DNA from: Basidiobolus meristosporus CBS 931.73
Lineage: Eukaryota > Fungi > Basidiobolomycota
Length of the DNA: 64,000 nt
Direction: 5' to 3'
Assembly: GCA_002104905.1 (NCBI GenBank)
Contig: MCFE01000436.1
Location: 11,387 to 75,386, forward strand
Every line of letters begins with the position of its first letter. The stretch's first letter is position 1. A program made the position numbers and the translations under genes. Below, piece by piece: positions 24,801-38,600 of this stretch. A model generated the notes under the pieces. The model ran no database searches and was not told where the DNA came from. It was given only the letters and a program-made list of their open reading frames with translations.

Positions 24801-25849
24801 CTATCTGAGTGTTCTCAACTTCCTTCTTAGCAGTGTCTGCTGATGTGAGGGTTCAAAGCATCCTGAATTTCAACACAAACTCATTGCAGGTAGAAACTTT
24901 AGAACATCCCATCATGGTGGCTGACCTGATCTTGTTGTAGTACCACTGCAAAGCTGCATTTGCTAGGTCAGAGGCTGCATAATGCAACTTGCTTTCTGGA
25001 GCAAATCCCTCAGCCATGAAAACTTCTTCAATCTAGGAAAGCCAGGTTCCCAGGTCTTCATTGGCTCTACCATGGTACTGGTTAACCTTAACACTAAAGT
25101 TGCACTTGACAGGGTTTTGCTGGCTTTGGGCCACAGTATTCATTCTTTGTTGCTGCTGGGCCATGGTTTGATGCATATCATCAATCCATGTTTGATTTTC
25201 TGACATCTCAAGGGAGGCTTCATCCTTCTTCAGGAGGGATGTTTCTAATTATTGCTACTACCAATGTTACAAGTCTTGATATAAGAATTGTATAGGTATA
25301 GGGAGCTTAGCTAGCATTATATTCACTAAAACTTAAGGAGATTTTCATTGAGGTTACAGCAGATCCTTATATATATTTTGCCAGATCAGTTGCTTGCTAA
25401 TTGTATTTCATAATGTTGGTTGTGGCAGATGACTCCTTTGATTGCAACATCATCACCCAATTAGATTATAATTAATAGAAATATTTCTGTCTGATAAGGA
25501 GCTACTGATTCATCTGCTGACTAATTGTACTGATCTGATAGATAACACTGATATACTGATAGGCTAAATATAAAGCTAACTGATTTGATTAAACACTGAT
25601 CTAATTTAAACATTGGAGTGGTAGATTGTAACATCATCAGTCAAAACCCACATTAGGAAGTACAATCAGTTAGTAATATATCTGGCAGAATGCTTACCAG
25701 GAGCTGCTGAGACCTTAATAAAATCAGTTCAAGTTTCTGTGAATTCAATACTGGCTAAACTCCCTATTCCTCTGCAACTCTTATATCTGGACTTGTAACA
25801 ATTGATTGCCCACACATATTATTTGCTTATCCTGTTTCTGGGCTGTTTC

Positions 25850-26800
25850 CTCATTTCTCTGGGCCATTGCATCTATCCTATCTGCCACTGCTCCTAATTA
25901 CCTCATTGATGCCATGGAATGAGCTGACTATAAACTTGCTAATACAGGTTGTGGTGATTCTATGATGGCCACTTGCTGGTTGTCAACGGAAGGTACTGCA
26001 TTTGGTACATTCTTATCTGCCTCAGCATCATGGTGGTCTTGTGACTCCTGATAGGTTCTCATTTGCCTACTTAACTGAGTGCCTAAGGAGTCTGAATTAT
26101 TACCCTCTGTGAGAATACTGCCAAAATGGCCTTTTTAAATACATCCGTGCTTGTTGCACTGAGCATCAAAGGAAGCTGTAGTCCAACTGTTCTTCTGCTT
26201 CTGTCAACAGTTTGGTTTGGTTGGAAACCAGACAACTTTCTTTATTTTTGGCAGCATATATTTGGAAGTGAGTTAAACCAGAGGGGAGATGGTGTTACAT
26301 ATACCTATATATGTGGTGCCACCGCATTATATGTAATACTGACTTGGGCAGGTCATCAATGAATTTTGCATTCATGTAAGTGCAATGTCTCAAATACAGG
26401 ACTGTCTTAAATTTACATGAGTTTTGACAAAAAAGTGATACAAAGCGTTACCTTGTTGAGTGCCAAATGTTTGTCCCATGGTGAAGACTACTTTGATCAG
26501 GGTTATGCAAGGGGAGTTGGGAAAGAAAATACCATCTGGTAAATTGGCTCAGTAACATTATACAGAACTAGTTGTAGGCTGCCATACTGCCATGATAATG
26601 CTAGTAGAGGCTCATATTGAGGCAGTCAGACTGCCAACAAGTTTTCTGTGGTGTGAGACATTGAATATGTTTGCTTATTAGGTCTGCTTAAATAATTTTA
26701 GAGCAAGTTAAGACTCTCAGAATATCACACAATACTCATTCAAAGACAGCTCAGACACTGCAAGGTTTTTAGCTCTATTTGGCAGTAAATTATGACAGTT
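25850..26800. mobile_element. Inverted CACTA-family relic containing the divergent promoter and both gene starts
   Basis: 26150-26500 is the reverse complement of about 2140-2500. Confidence 0.65.
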
Positions 26801-26829
26801 GATTCAGATTGGATCCACCTACAGGACCA

Positions 26830-28300
26830 AACTACCGCTTATAGGAATAATTGCAGTGGGCTTTTAGGGGCAGAGTGAGCTGCAGCTCTATGGCACTATC
26901 TAGCAATGTGATTCCTACCATTATGTAGTGGTAGGATATAGTAACTGATGATTTTGCTCAGTCTTACATACATTACCCTGATTGGCAATCTTGATTCATG
27001 TACTCTTCATAATTGTCACAATACATTCTTTTTAGTGATTTTCTACTTATGTGAGCACATTGTGTATTTATAGGGACCTAGACTGTTTTGTAAATAATGC
27101 TAGTTTCTTCTCTAAATGAATTTCTGCTGTGGTTACCAACTAATATGGGGAATCTCCTTATGTGTCCAAATGTTTGCACTTGTTATAGATCTTCTCTAAT
27201 GTGGCAACAGGAAATCCGGCAGTAGTGATGTTATTGCTACACAGAGACTATTTGTATGTGTAAGTCATAATAAGATTGGTAAGCAATAGAGTGCAGATGG
27301 TTTGAAATTGTTTAGTGCAATCTGTTTAGCTATGCTTAGTCTCAGCTCATTCTTAATACACCCCAGTCAGACTTTATCCCCTGACTTACAGGCATGGTCC
27401 AGACTAAAAATATTGATGTTGAATCTCTTTGGGCTCTTGTCAAGTGATGTAGTATGGCCCATGTCCTCATACAGATATCTGTGAGCTATTCATTAAATTG
27501 GCAGAACTGTATACCTCAGTGAGTCATAGCAAGGGAGAAATTTGAGTGAAAGCTATGGCAAGAGTTCAAAATCAAGATGCTGTAGATGCATTTAAGATAA
27601 TAAATAGCCGGACAAGTATTGAGGTCAACAACAAGCTAAGAGTGGGGGGATTTGATGTGGAGGCTGCACATAATTTGCACAATCCACTTGTGTCCCACCT
27701 GTAGGAACCAAGGATATTTGAATAAGCTTTTGTCTTAAATAACAAGTGTACTGCATGACATATTAGTAGAACTAGATAGCTTCCAAGAGCATACACCCAG
27801 GATTTATCAGGGCAATACTTGCTAGGTATCATACAAAGGGTAAGCAAGTGTCTTGAAGAATCAGAAGGTAGGCTTCAAGAGGCAAAATATAGACCACAAG
27901 TTACTGCACCATCACTATGCCAGTGTGCTTCAATGAAGTCCCCACAAAGCCTAGTAGCAGCTGCATGCTGGGATACAGCAACTCAGTTGACATTTACATC
28001 CTTGTCAGAAGTGCTATGCACCAAGTTGATGCAAGTCAAGTCAATGTGTGTGGTCCATAGCAATTCTACTAGAACTCAGCAAGCTGCACAATTAGCCATA
28101 GATTCATTGGAGCCAAAGCATCATCTGGTGCAGCTCAGGGTGGGCAAGCAAGAGCACAGCACTCATCAACAAGTAGGCAGCCCATTGAGGAGTTCACATG
28201 TAGCTAAGATGATAGCCTACAAGGAAGTAGTTTTCATGTGCAAAGAGAATTATCACCAAATGATTGTGTAGAAATGTCTGCAAAAAAAACTAGAAGATGA
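26830..28300 (-). mobile_element. Inverted, internally deleted, old ISL2-like copy
   Basis: ORF 27819-28271 (+) is an ORF2 homolog (EESEGRLQEAKYRPQ); the right-end subterminal region appears reversed at about 26880-26960. Confidence 0.65.
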
Positions 28301-28312
28301 TGAAATAACATA

Positions 28313-29700
28313 TGTTATGATCTACTGCTTGAACATTTAATCAGATCAGTTTTTAGTCATATCACTTAGTTTTAGGCTTAGACTATCAGTATATCAGGGC
28401 TATCTGTCAAATCAAGATCATTAGTCAGCAGATGAATTAGCAGACCCTTTTCATACAGAAATAGATACATCAAGTAAGATCTAATTGAGTGATGATGGTG
28501 CAATCAAATGAGTCATCAGCCTGATTCTATATTAGGAAATAAAATTATGCAGCAATCAATCTGGCAAAATGTACAAAGGGAGCTGCTGGAACCTGAATAA
28601 AAATCAGTTCAAGTTTTATTGAATACAATACTAGCTAAACTCCCTATTCATCTACAACTCTTTCATCAAGACTTGTAAAATTGGTGACAGCAATAACCAG
28701 AAACCTCCCACCCTGAAGGAAGAAGGAGCCACCCTCAAGATATCAGAAAATCAAGAATAGTCTTATGCTATGCAGCAAATTCTGGCCCAACAGTAACAGT
28801 TATTCCAGATCCTTAGCCAGCAGCAACAGGGAAGGAATACTATGGACCAGAGAAAGCAAAACCCTGTCAAGAACAACTTTAGTGTGAAGGTCAACCAGTA
28901 CCATGGTAGAGTTGATGAAAATCCGTGAACTTGGCACTTCCAGACTGAAGAAGCTTTTAAGGCTAAGAGAATTACTCCAGAAATCAAGTTGTACTATACA
29001 GCCTCTTACTTAGCAGGTGCAGCTTTACAGTAGTATCATAACAAGGTCAGGTCAGCCACCATGATTGGATGCTCTACAATCTCTAGCTTAGGATTGTGCA
29101 GCACACCATTAATTCCAAGGTTTCACCCCAGGATCCTGATGGCTGATCTGGATTGGATTCACCTAGAGAGCCAAGTTATTTTCCACAATGACTTCCTGGC
29201 TGTCTTCCACATGCTACCTCTGTTATGAAGTAAATTCCCTTGATCTCACACATTTAAAAGCTGTATCATTGAGTGTGTCCAGATATGTTGGCTATCTTGC
29301 TGATGGCAGGGTATTCATAAATCAGCTGATATTATGTACTTTGACATGACAGCCTTATTCAAGTACAATATCTTGCCAGCTACTTATTACTTTGATTACA
29401 GTACATAGCTCCTTCTGCTACCTAGCATATGCTATGTCAGGTGAGTATGTGATGCCTTGTGGCTCACCTTAGCTGTCCAAGTTTGTCGTATAGAATAAAA
29501 GCTTTGAAAAACAAGGCTCATTTGTGGGCCTATCTCTGTCTATAATGGTATTTCTTGTGAAATCAACAGAATCCCAATGTGCATTTGGAGAACCCATAGA
29601 GAAGCACCTGAACAGTTCATAAAGCTAACTGAGCTCAGCTACCCAGTTACTAATGAATATTAATATCGATTGCTCAAAAATTAGCATGCTTTCACCTTTA
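28313..29700 (+). mobile_element. Gypsy family A 5' LTR (28313-28680), PBS and gag fragment
   Basis: LTR homologous to the other family A LTRs; PBS TTGGTGACAGC; gag remnant YHGRVDEN...ASYLAGAALQ. Confidence 0.75.
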
Positions 29701-32099
29701 GAAGTAATGACAGCTTTGTGGACTCTTGCTACTTCCTGCAAATATTTTTTTCAGTAGCAACTTACTTGGTGTATGCTGCAAATGGACAATCATTATGCTG
29801 CTGACAAGATATGACCCATATATTTTCCTGATACAATCACATGTAATAGTTGCATGGCTTTCACATCAGAAAAGATATTACTGGATACGCAACTTATTGA
29901 GAACTCACCACCATAGGGGGAACATCATTAAAGTACTAGAGATTATAGATTTACCCCATCTAGTGAAGCACATGTAATCCAACAAATACCATGAAGCCAT
30001 AAAGTACCATAACAAGTATCAATCAGTTTCAAATATTTTGCATATATTCAATTGCAGATACTGCAGACAACTGTGAAGAGATAATTACCTGGAAGGTATA
30101 TATGTGCATATATTTGACTTGGCACTTTATATTTACTACAGAATTTACAAATATCAGAGCCAGAGCACACCTAAGTGGGTGATCAGAGTTCAGCAGGGAT
30201 AAGGAGCATATTGATCAATTCCAAAATGTATTTTGAGGATGTTCAGAATATGCCCATGGCAAAATTGGCAATAACAAGGCAAATGTATGTAAGTTGTATA
30301 TACTACTAACAACATAAGGTATATGGCAACTTTTCAAGTTTCACACCTAAAGCTGTAATATTGGGGTGATCAAAGTGTGTCCATTGCAGCAGGTAGGTAT
30401 GCATGTTGCGGTTAGTGGGCAGAAGTCTATATTTCTTGATGACTTGAACTTTATGTTGGATACTCATGGTAGTTGTTGGTAAGCATAAAAGGAGGAATAC
30501 TCTCCAATCCAATATGTAAATAGCACTGAGGGATGTAGTAGAATGAAATAGCATTTGGTAAATTGGTGGAATGGCATTATACATGTGCTGCATCAGGCTG
30601 CAGCACTGCCATGAAATTGCTAGCAGACCTCTGCATTAAGGCTGTCAAAACACTGGTAAGCTTTTATCTATATGTGGCATTTGCATGTATGGGCAAGGCA
30701 GGTCCTCTCCAATAGGTGCAAACCACATTAAGACCATCAGATTGCTGTATAAGTCCTGCTAACAGAGCATAAAAATACACTCAAGTTTACCATAAAATCT
30801 GGCTAAAGAAGCTGCACAACACTGTCACAATCATTCCAAAGAGTTGTCAAGCATGTCAGTGTTTCCAAGCTGCCATCATGGGGCAGCCTTATTGTAGGAT
30901 TTTGATGATTGCTCTAGATTGCATTCACCTGCTTGGCCTAGTTATATCTCATCAGCAGTATTGTGGCTCTATACTTTCCATAAGGCCATCAAACTCTGTG
31001 CTTTGAAGTGATAGCTGCTTTGTCATTTTCATTGTTTCTTTCAAAATTCCTTGTATCCCCATAGTACAATAGTACATGACCTGTATTGCCTGAATCTGTT
31101 CTATTGAGAAGATCTACATCCCAAAGAAAAAAACTCAACAAATGACCTGTAAAATACAAACTGAATATCAGTGTTTTTCATGTATTCCAAATAGTGAAAA
31201 CTCTCAATATCTGAGTCAGTACCTTCATAGCATATGTTGAATCATTTTTTCAGGCAAAACTAGGCCAACTGGTATACATATCACACATGAAAGACAGCTT
31301 CTGCTCAATTGCACCAGAAGTTGCAACTGAAAATATGCAGCCAATGCACCAGTAGAATACCTTGAACCATGAGCTAAGAATTCTATGAACTCTGAGTCTG
31401 AGATTTTCATAGGGCTAACAACCAACTAATATAAGCATTGTTCCATACTTTGTCTGCTTGTCTGCCTCCTGGTTACTTACAGCAACTTATGTTTTCATCA
31501 AGATATTTACACACTTTTCAAGCTATCTGTCATTTGTACATTGATCTGCTGTGCTTTGACCCTATGAAAATGATTAGGATGATCCTGTCAAATGACTGTC
31601 ACATGATTCTTATCCTGTGACTAAGAGGTATATATCACGTGAGGATTCCATGCAATGACTGTTAAAAAAATGACTCCTCAGATCTTGCAAAAACCCAATT
31701 TAGATTTTTAATCATAATAATGTATAAGAGGCTTTTGATGGTTGGCAGCCACTTATCTCAATTTCTGATCCCTATTACTCAATCAACTCATATATCTGTG
31801 TACAGTAAAGGCTACTATTACTTTCATATAGTTTACCTCCTAACTCCCCCATTGCAGGTACTTCTGATGAATATAAAGTGGTACATTTCCATTGAATCTT
31901 TAATTATAATCAATTGCCAGTTATACTGACCTATCCAAGTCCCTATACCTTATACATACATTAAGCCCAAATGTGCACTCACTATGTAACTCTATCAGAA
32001 TCCTCCATTGAATAAGCACTTCTGCTGTAACAACCTTTTCCATGATGTTGGTGGAAACCCTATGGCTTAGGAGACTCTTTATCCTTGTCTGCAAGATTA

Positions 32100-33240
32100 A
32101 TGTGATAAAGCAAGAGACTACTTACCATACTCTTCACAGCAAAATGGAGTGGCTGAGCATGCAGACCAGTCAATAATTGATATGACATGATCTATGATCC
32201 ATGATCAAAAATTACCATATAATTTATTGGGCGGAATCAGTTGCCACAGCTGTATACCTCAAAAATTGAAGTTATACAAAAACACTTTGTGATACAACCC
32301 CATTTGAAGCATGGTATGGATGCAGACCAAGTGCAGATCATCTAAGTATACTTGGTAGTACATCATATGCCAAGAAACAGCTTGGAAATCAGTCAAAATT
32401 TGAGACACAAAGTGTTAAATGCATATTTTAGAGCCACTGCAACAGGAGCAATGCATACAGACTCAAAAATACCAAAACAAAGAGGCTGATCATGTCCAGG
32501 GATGGTTTGTGTGATGAAAACTCATAATCTTCCCAAAGAATGACATTAGAGGATTGCAAAAATCTTATCTTAAGAACACCAATAGATAGAATTGAATAAG
32601 AGCAAAACAATCATGGTTTTTCACTCCAGAGGACTCTACAACCATGGTTTCGCCAGAATCTGTGCCAAGGATTATCCAAGAAGTGAATTTTCTATTATTA
32701 AATGCCCAGATATCCAGCAAAAAAGAAATAGCCAAAATTGCTGTATCAATGAGGGTGCAAGCTTAGCCTATGCCTTTTTGGACTATATTGATCAGCCCCA
32801 GACTGTAAAAGAGGCCCTATATAGCCCTCAGGCAAAGCTTTGGGGATCTGCAATGACTGCGGAATATTGGGTCCTAATGAAAAATCAAACTTGGGCTTAT
32901 TCAATTTACCAATCAACCAAAAACCAATTGGATGTAGATGGGTATTTAAGACAAAATAAAGGGCTGATGGCGCAATTGAAAGATACAAAGCAAGTCTTCT
33001 GGTCAAAGGATACCCACAAGTAAGAGGACTTCATAATACTAAGACCTTTGCACTAGCAGCCAAGTTTAATTCTGTCAGATTAATACTTGCTATTGCTGCT
33101 AAATATAAGTTTCTTCTACATCAAATTGATGTTAAAGTGGCATTTTTGAATGGAGACCTTGATGAGGTAACATATACAGACCAGCTCAATAAGTTTGTTA
33201 GCCTAGATAACCCCCTTTGGTGTGCAAGCTTTAAAAAAAT
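32100..33240 (+). mobile_element. Old copia pol relic (integrase to RT), same lineage as the young copia
   Basis: Reverse-complement similarity to about 43300-44400 (QNGVAE, PQTVKEAL, HQIDVKVAFLNG). Confidence 0.75.
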
Positions 33241-33289
33241 CTATATGTAATTGCACAGAAATACACTGACAAGTTTGAGAAATCACCAT

Positions 33290-35250
33290 TTCCACAACTT
33301 ACAAATCAAGAAATGTTCAATGCTATCAGCAATCTCAGTCAGTTAATGCCTGAAATGGCTGAACCCATGAGCATGGATATCCTTATAAACTACCATGACA
33401 ATATTCACCAATCTTATCTAGTGAAAAACTACAACTTGAAGTGGAAAAGCCTTTTATTCTATTACAACAGGATGCTATGCTGCTACTGTCAGCAATATTG
33501 AAGTGGAATGTGTTTTTGACTCTGGATCAGAGAGCAATGCTGTCACTAATACAACTTGTGAAAAAATCAAGTTGCCATTGATAGAAGTTGACTGCAATAT
33601 GGCAACTGCTACAGGTGCAACAGAGCAGATGCTTGGACTTTGTCACTCTGTACCAATTGAAACTGGAGGAATCAGGGCTACTCATCCCTATATCATTGTT
33701 GCCAATGGATCAACTTTTGAGGTATTGTTGGGATGACCATATGAGAGATAATCTCTTCTACAAGCTGGTAACAGAGCTGATGGAAGCTTATGGCTGGCAA
33801 TCACATCTGACAATCAGAATAGATGGGTAACATTTTGTGCAGTTGAAGAGAGTAATCCAAGGAATGCAGATTCTATTCCAGTACAAGATATACAGGTCCA
33901 TGAGGATATTCTGTTTTTGATCAACAATTCATCCTATCAACAATCAACAAGACAAATACCATGTATAAGCCAGTTGCATTGAAGGCAAAGCCAGTGTCTA
34001 ATAGAATCTCACTATCTGCCCACAACAATCCTCAGATGGAGCCTTTGCATAAGTATGAAAAAACCAGACTTACAGAAGAGAGACTTCAAGAGTCAACTAT
34101 TAGACCTACTCTAACCACTGAAGAAAAAAGTATACTTTTGACCATGCTATAATGCTATAACAATGTTGTTGCATTTAATGATGCATAAAGAGGATGTTTA
34201 TCCACAGTACTGTCCCCACTGGCTGAGATCCATACTGTGGAACATATACCATAGGTGCCAAGAACATATCCTATTCCCTCTAGATTACTGAGCAAAGTAA
34301 TTGAAATGCTACAATCAAGATTTTGAAGTGGAGTCATTAAATAGAGTTATGGACCATATTGTAATCCCTGGTAAGTACCACTGAAGAATAATGGAAGCCT
34401 ACAACTCATTCAAGTTGTACAGCATTTGAATAAGGTCTCCATTGAAGATGCTATGTAACCATTCATACAACATGAGTATATTGAGTAGTTTGCTGGATAT
34501 CCCCTGATTACAACATAGATTCTTCATTCAGGATATGGCAAAATACTACGGGATCTGAATTCAAGAGATTTCACAGCTACAGATACACCAATATGGCTCA
34601 TAAAGATAACACAAACTCCTCTATGATGGACTAACTCTGTGCAAAATTACCAACAAGCAATGTTTTGGGTATTGGATGACTGTTTCCATGAAATATATTG
34701 ACCATTTTTTGATGACATTACAGTTTGGAATGAGTCCAGAGAAAAAGATACACAGCATCTCTGACCCCAATTAAAACAATATGTTTATGATCACATATTC
34801 ACTATTAAAAGAGTCATGAAGAAACTTCAAGCTTCTGGTCTGACTGTATCTGGAGCCAAATGCAAGTTTGGCTACAACAAAGTAATCATTCTAGGTGAAC
34901 TTATTACTGAAAGAGGGAGATTGCCTGATCTGTAAAGCTTTCCTTGGCTCTAAGTTAGAAGACACCAAGCAATATTCATCAAGTCAGACAACTATTGGGA
35001 CCTACTGGTCTGTTCAGCATCTGGATCAAGAACTACACTCAGATTGCTAACCCACTGACTCATCTATTACAGAAAAACCAGAAATTTAAATGGCATGAAA
35101 AGCAGGAAAATAATATGTCAACATTATTTGAATCATTATCAAAGCCACCTGTTTAGAAGCTATAGACTACAATGCTATTAACTCACGGCCAATCATGGTT
35201 TCAGTGGATAGCTCTAGAGTTTGGGTTAGTGGAATCATGATTCAAGTTTA
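33290..35250 (+). mobile_element. Gypsy family B relic (protease, RT, RNase H); may continue at about 40900-41400
   Basis: VFDSGSESN aspartic protease motif, FEVLLG, RT remnants including FFDDITV. Confidence 0.7.
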
Positions 35251-35639
35251 AAAAACATGAGCCTCACTGCTATAGCCTAACCTATAGATATTGGATCCTT
35301 GGCTACTTCATGTTCTGGGTGCCTAATGATTTGGTGAGAATAATTCTGGTATGTCTCAACAAGGAATATGATTATAATTCTCTAGGATTTGTAAGAAATT
35401 TTATAAGTGACCAAGTCAAGTGAATATTTAGGTGCAATTCCAACTTTTTATAATAAATAGCAGGTACCAAGGACATGAGCTTTTGATAAGTTACACAAAC
35501 AGGCCCAAACATGTGCTCTTGGGACCTTCCTAAGCAAATCTACATGTTTATTTTACCAAGATCACATAAAGGTATCAATACCAAATTATAGTCAATACGT
35601 CATTAAGTGAGAACCACATAATCCTCTTGCACTCCCAAT

Positions 35640-38600
35640 TGTTGTATGGGTCTTGAAGATATTGGAAGTGATTGGGAGGACAAGTTGATTATGTGGTTTT
35701 CACTTAATGATTTATTGAATGTAAAAGTAGTATTTATACTTTTACCTGGTCTTGGCATTACAAACATGTAGAATAGGTTAAGGAAGGTCCCAAGAACATG
35801 TGTGCAAAGTTTGGGGCTGTTTGGACAACTTTGAGAATTTTCATGTTCTGGGTACCTGGTATTTTGGTGAAAATATTCTAAGTAAATCCCAACAAGGAAT
35901 TTTGGTCAGTATTCTCTAGGATTTGAAGGTGATGATCTAAGTGACTAAGTTAGGTGAATATTTAGGTGGAAATACAAACTTTTACAACACTCCCACTCAG
36001 CTAAATGTTCATACTGACTAGTCCTAATTTTGACCTAAGATATTCAAACTTGTCTCTAGCTAATGGTTTGGTAAATATGTCTGCAATCATTTCATCTGTA
36101 GGACAGTAAACTAAGCTAACTAAGTTATTCTCTATAGCTTCACATATGAAATGATGTCTAATATCTATGTGCTTGGTTCTAGCATGAAAAGTTGGATTTC
36201 TACCTAATTGTATACACCCTTGATTATCTTGAAATAAAGTAATAGGCGTTTTTTGACATAGGCCTAAATCTGTAAAAAGCTTTCTTAACCACATTGCTTC
36301 CTTTGTAGCTTCACAGGCTGCCATATACTCTGCCTCTGTGGTGGAAAGTGCTATGGTTGGCTGCTTTCTTGAGTTCCATGAAATTGCTCCTTTACAGTAA
36401 AGAAAGGTGTATCCTGTGGTGGATCTTCTGTCTTCTAAATTTTGTCCCCAATCAGCATCAGAGTATCCCACAAGACCCTGCTCTGAATCCTTATAAGTGT
36501 ATCTTAAGCAGATATCAGCAGTTCCTTTTAGGTATCTAAAAATCTGCTTAACTGCTGCAATATGATCAGATCCATAGTTCTGATTATGTTGGCTGACAAC
36601 TCCCACTGAATATGAGATATCTGGACATGTTCCAAGCATAATATACATCAGACTGCCAACCATAGATTGATAAGGAAAGTCAGGGCTTTCAGATGGCACC
36701 AAGCTCTCTTGATTTGGTTGAGTTTTGACCAAGTCAAGGTTTGTCTCCATTGGGGTAGCTGCTGGTTTACAGTCTTCCATTTGGTACTACTTTAGTATAT
36801 CTTGAATATACTTGGATTGACTTAGGGTATAGTCTGGGTACTTCTGTCTATGGAGAACTTAATTCTTAAGTAGTAACTAAGTTCTCCTAGATTGGACATC
36901 TTGAACTCCTTAGATAGGCTGGATTTAGTCTCTTCCAATGTTTCTAGGTTATTGGCGGCTATAATAAGATCATCCACATATAGAGCTAATAGAGCTGGAC
37001 TTGCTCTATCTGGCTTATAGTATATACTATAGTCAGCATTACTCCTTTTGAAACTCAAAGATTCCAAATAAGAATCTATCTTGCAATTCCAGGCTCTTGG
37101 TGATTGTTTGAGACCATATAGTGACTTTTTAAGCTTGCAGACCAAATGAGGGCTATCTTGGTCAACAAACCCATCAGGCTGGTCCATATACACATCCTCA
37201 TCAAGTTCTCCATTCAAAAATGCAGTTTTTACATCCATTTGATGTATAAAAAACTTGTATTTGGCTGCAATAGCCAATATTGATCAAATGGAATTAAACT
37301 TGGCTACCGGTGCAAAGGTCTCAGTATAGTCAAGTCCTTTTGTTTGAGAGTATCCTTTGGCTACAAGTCTTGCTTTGTATCTTTCAATTGTACCATCAGC
37401 CTTGTATTTTGTCTTAAAGACCAATCTGCATCCAATTGATTTCTGGTTGATTGGTAATTTGACTCAGTTCCAAGTTTGATTTTCCATCAGGGCCTGATAT
37501 TCCTCAGTCATTGCAGATCTCCAAAACTTTGTCTGAGGGCTATTTAGGGCCTCTTTTACAGTCTGGGGTTCAGCAATATGGACTGAATAGGCATAGACTA
37601 AGTTTGTTCCCTCATTGATATAGTAGTTTGGGCTATTTCTTGTCCGATTGGATCTCCTGGCATTTGATACTGGAATGATCACTTCTGGGATATTCCTAGG
37701 CACTGATTCTGGCTGAACCATGGTTGTAGAGTCCTCTGGAGTGAAAAAATTCTCATTGTCTTGCTCTGATTTAATCCTGACAATTGGTGGACTTGAGATC
37801 AAATTTTTGTCATCATCTGATGTCATTTTTTGTGAAAATTTTGAATTTTCATCAAACAACACACCCCTGGACTTGATCAGCTTCTTTGCTTTGGTATTGT
37901 AGAGTCTGTATGCCTTACTCTCATTGCAGTAGCCCAAAAATATGCATTTTACACTTTTTGGCTCAAATTTTGACTGATTTCCGGCCAGTTTTTTGGCATA
38001 TGCTGTACACCCAAATATTCTTAGATGTTCTGCACTTGGTCTGTATCCATACTATGCTTCAAGTGGAGTAGAATCACAAAGTATTCTGTTATAACTCCTA
38101 TTTTTAAGGTATACAGCAGTGGCAACTGATTCCGCCCAAAAATCATAGGATAATTTTTGATCATGGATCATAGATCTTGCCATATCAATTATTGATCTGT
38201 TAGCTTGTTCTGCTACTCCATTTCGCTGTGGGGAGTATGGTACAGTAGTCTCTTGCTTTATCCCATGAATTTTGCAGAAGTGGATGAAGAGTTTTGAGGT
38301 ATATTCTCCACCATTGTCAGAGCGTATTTTCTTGATTTTTTCACCAGTTTCTCTCTCCACCATAGCTTTAAACTCCCTGAGCTTAGACAGAGCTACTTTC
38401 TTTCTTTCCATGAAGTAGACCCATGTGTATTTTGTATAATCATCAATAAAAGTGATTAAATACTTCATCCTGCCTAAGGATAAATTTCCATAGGCCCACA
38501 CAGATCTGAGTGAATTAGATCTAATTTTTTCATAGTTTTGATTAACCCAGAGCTCTTGAACAGTTGTCTGGCTTGTTTCCCATATATGCAGGCTTCACTG

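Larger units (their letters stand above)
17706..25633 (-). mobile_element. Near-complete degenerate Ty3/gypsy element (family A) with LTRs 25265-25633 and 17706-18073
   Basis: Order is gag (24482-25200), protease (IMIDSG-like, about 24220), RT/RNase H (23050-23589: [21 protein letters not shown]), integrase (22000-22850 and 18375-18595). PBS TTGGTAG follows the 5' LTR and a polypurine tract precedes the 3' LTR. The LTRs are clearly diverged and there is no TSD match. Confidence 0.85.
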
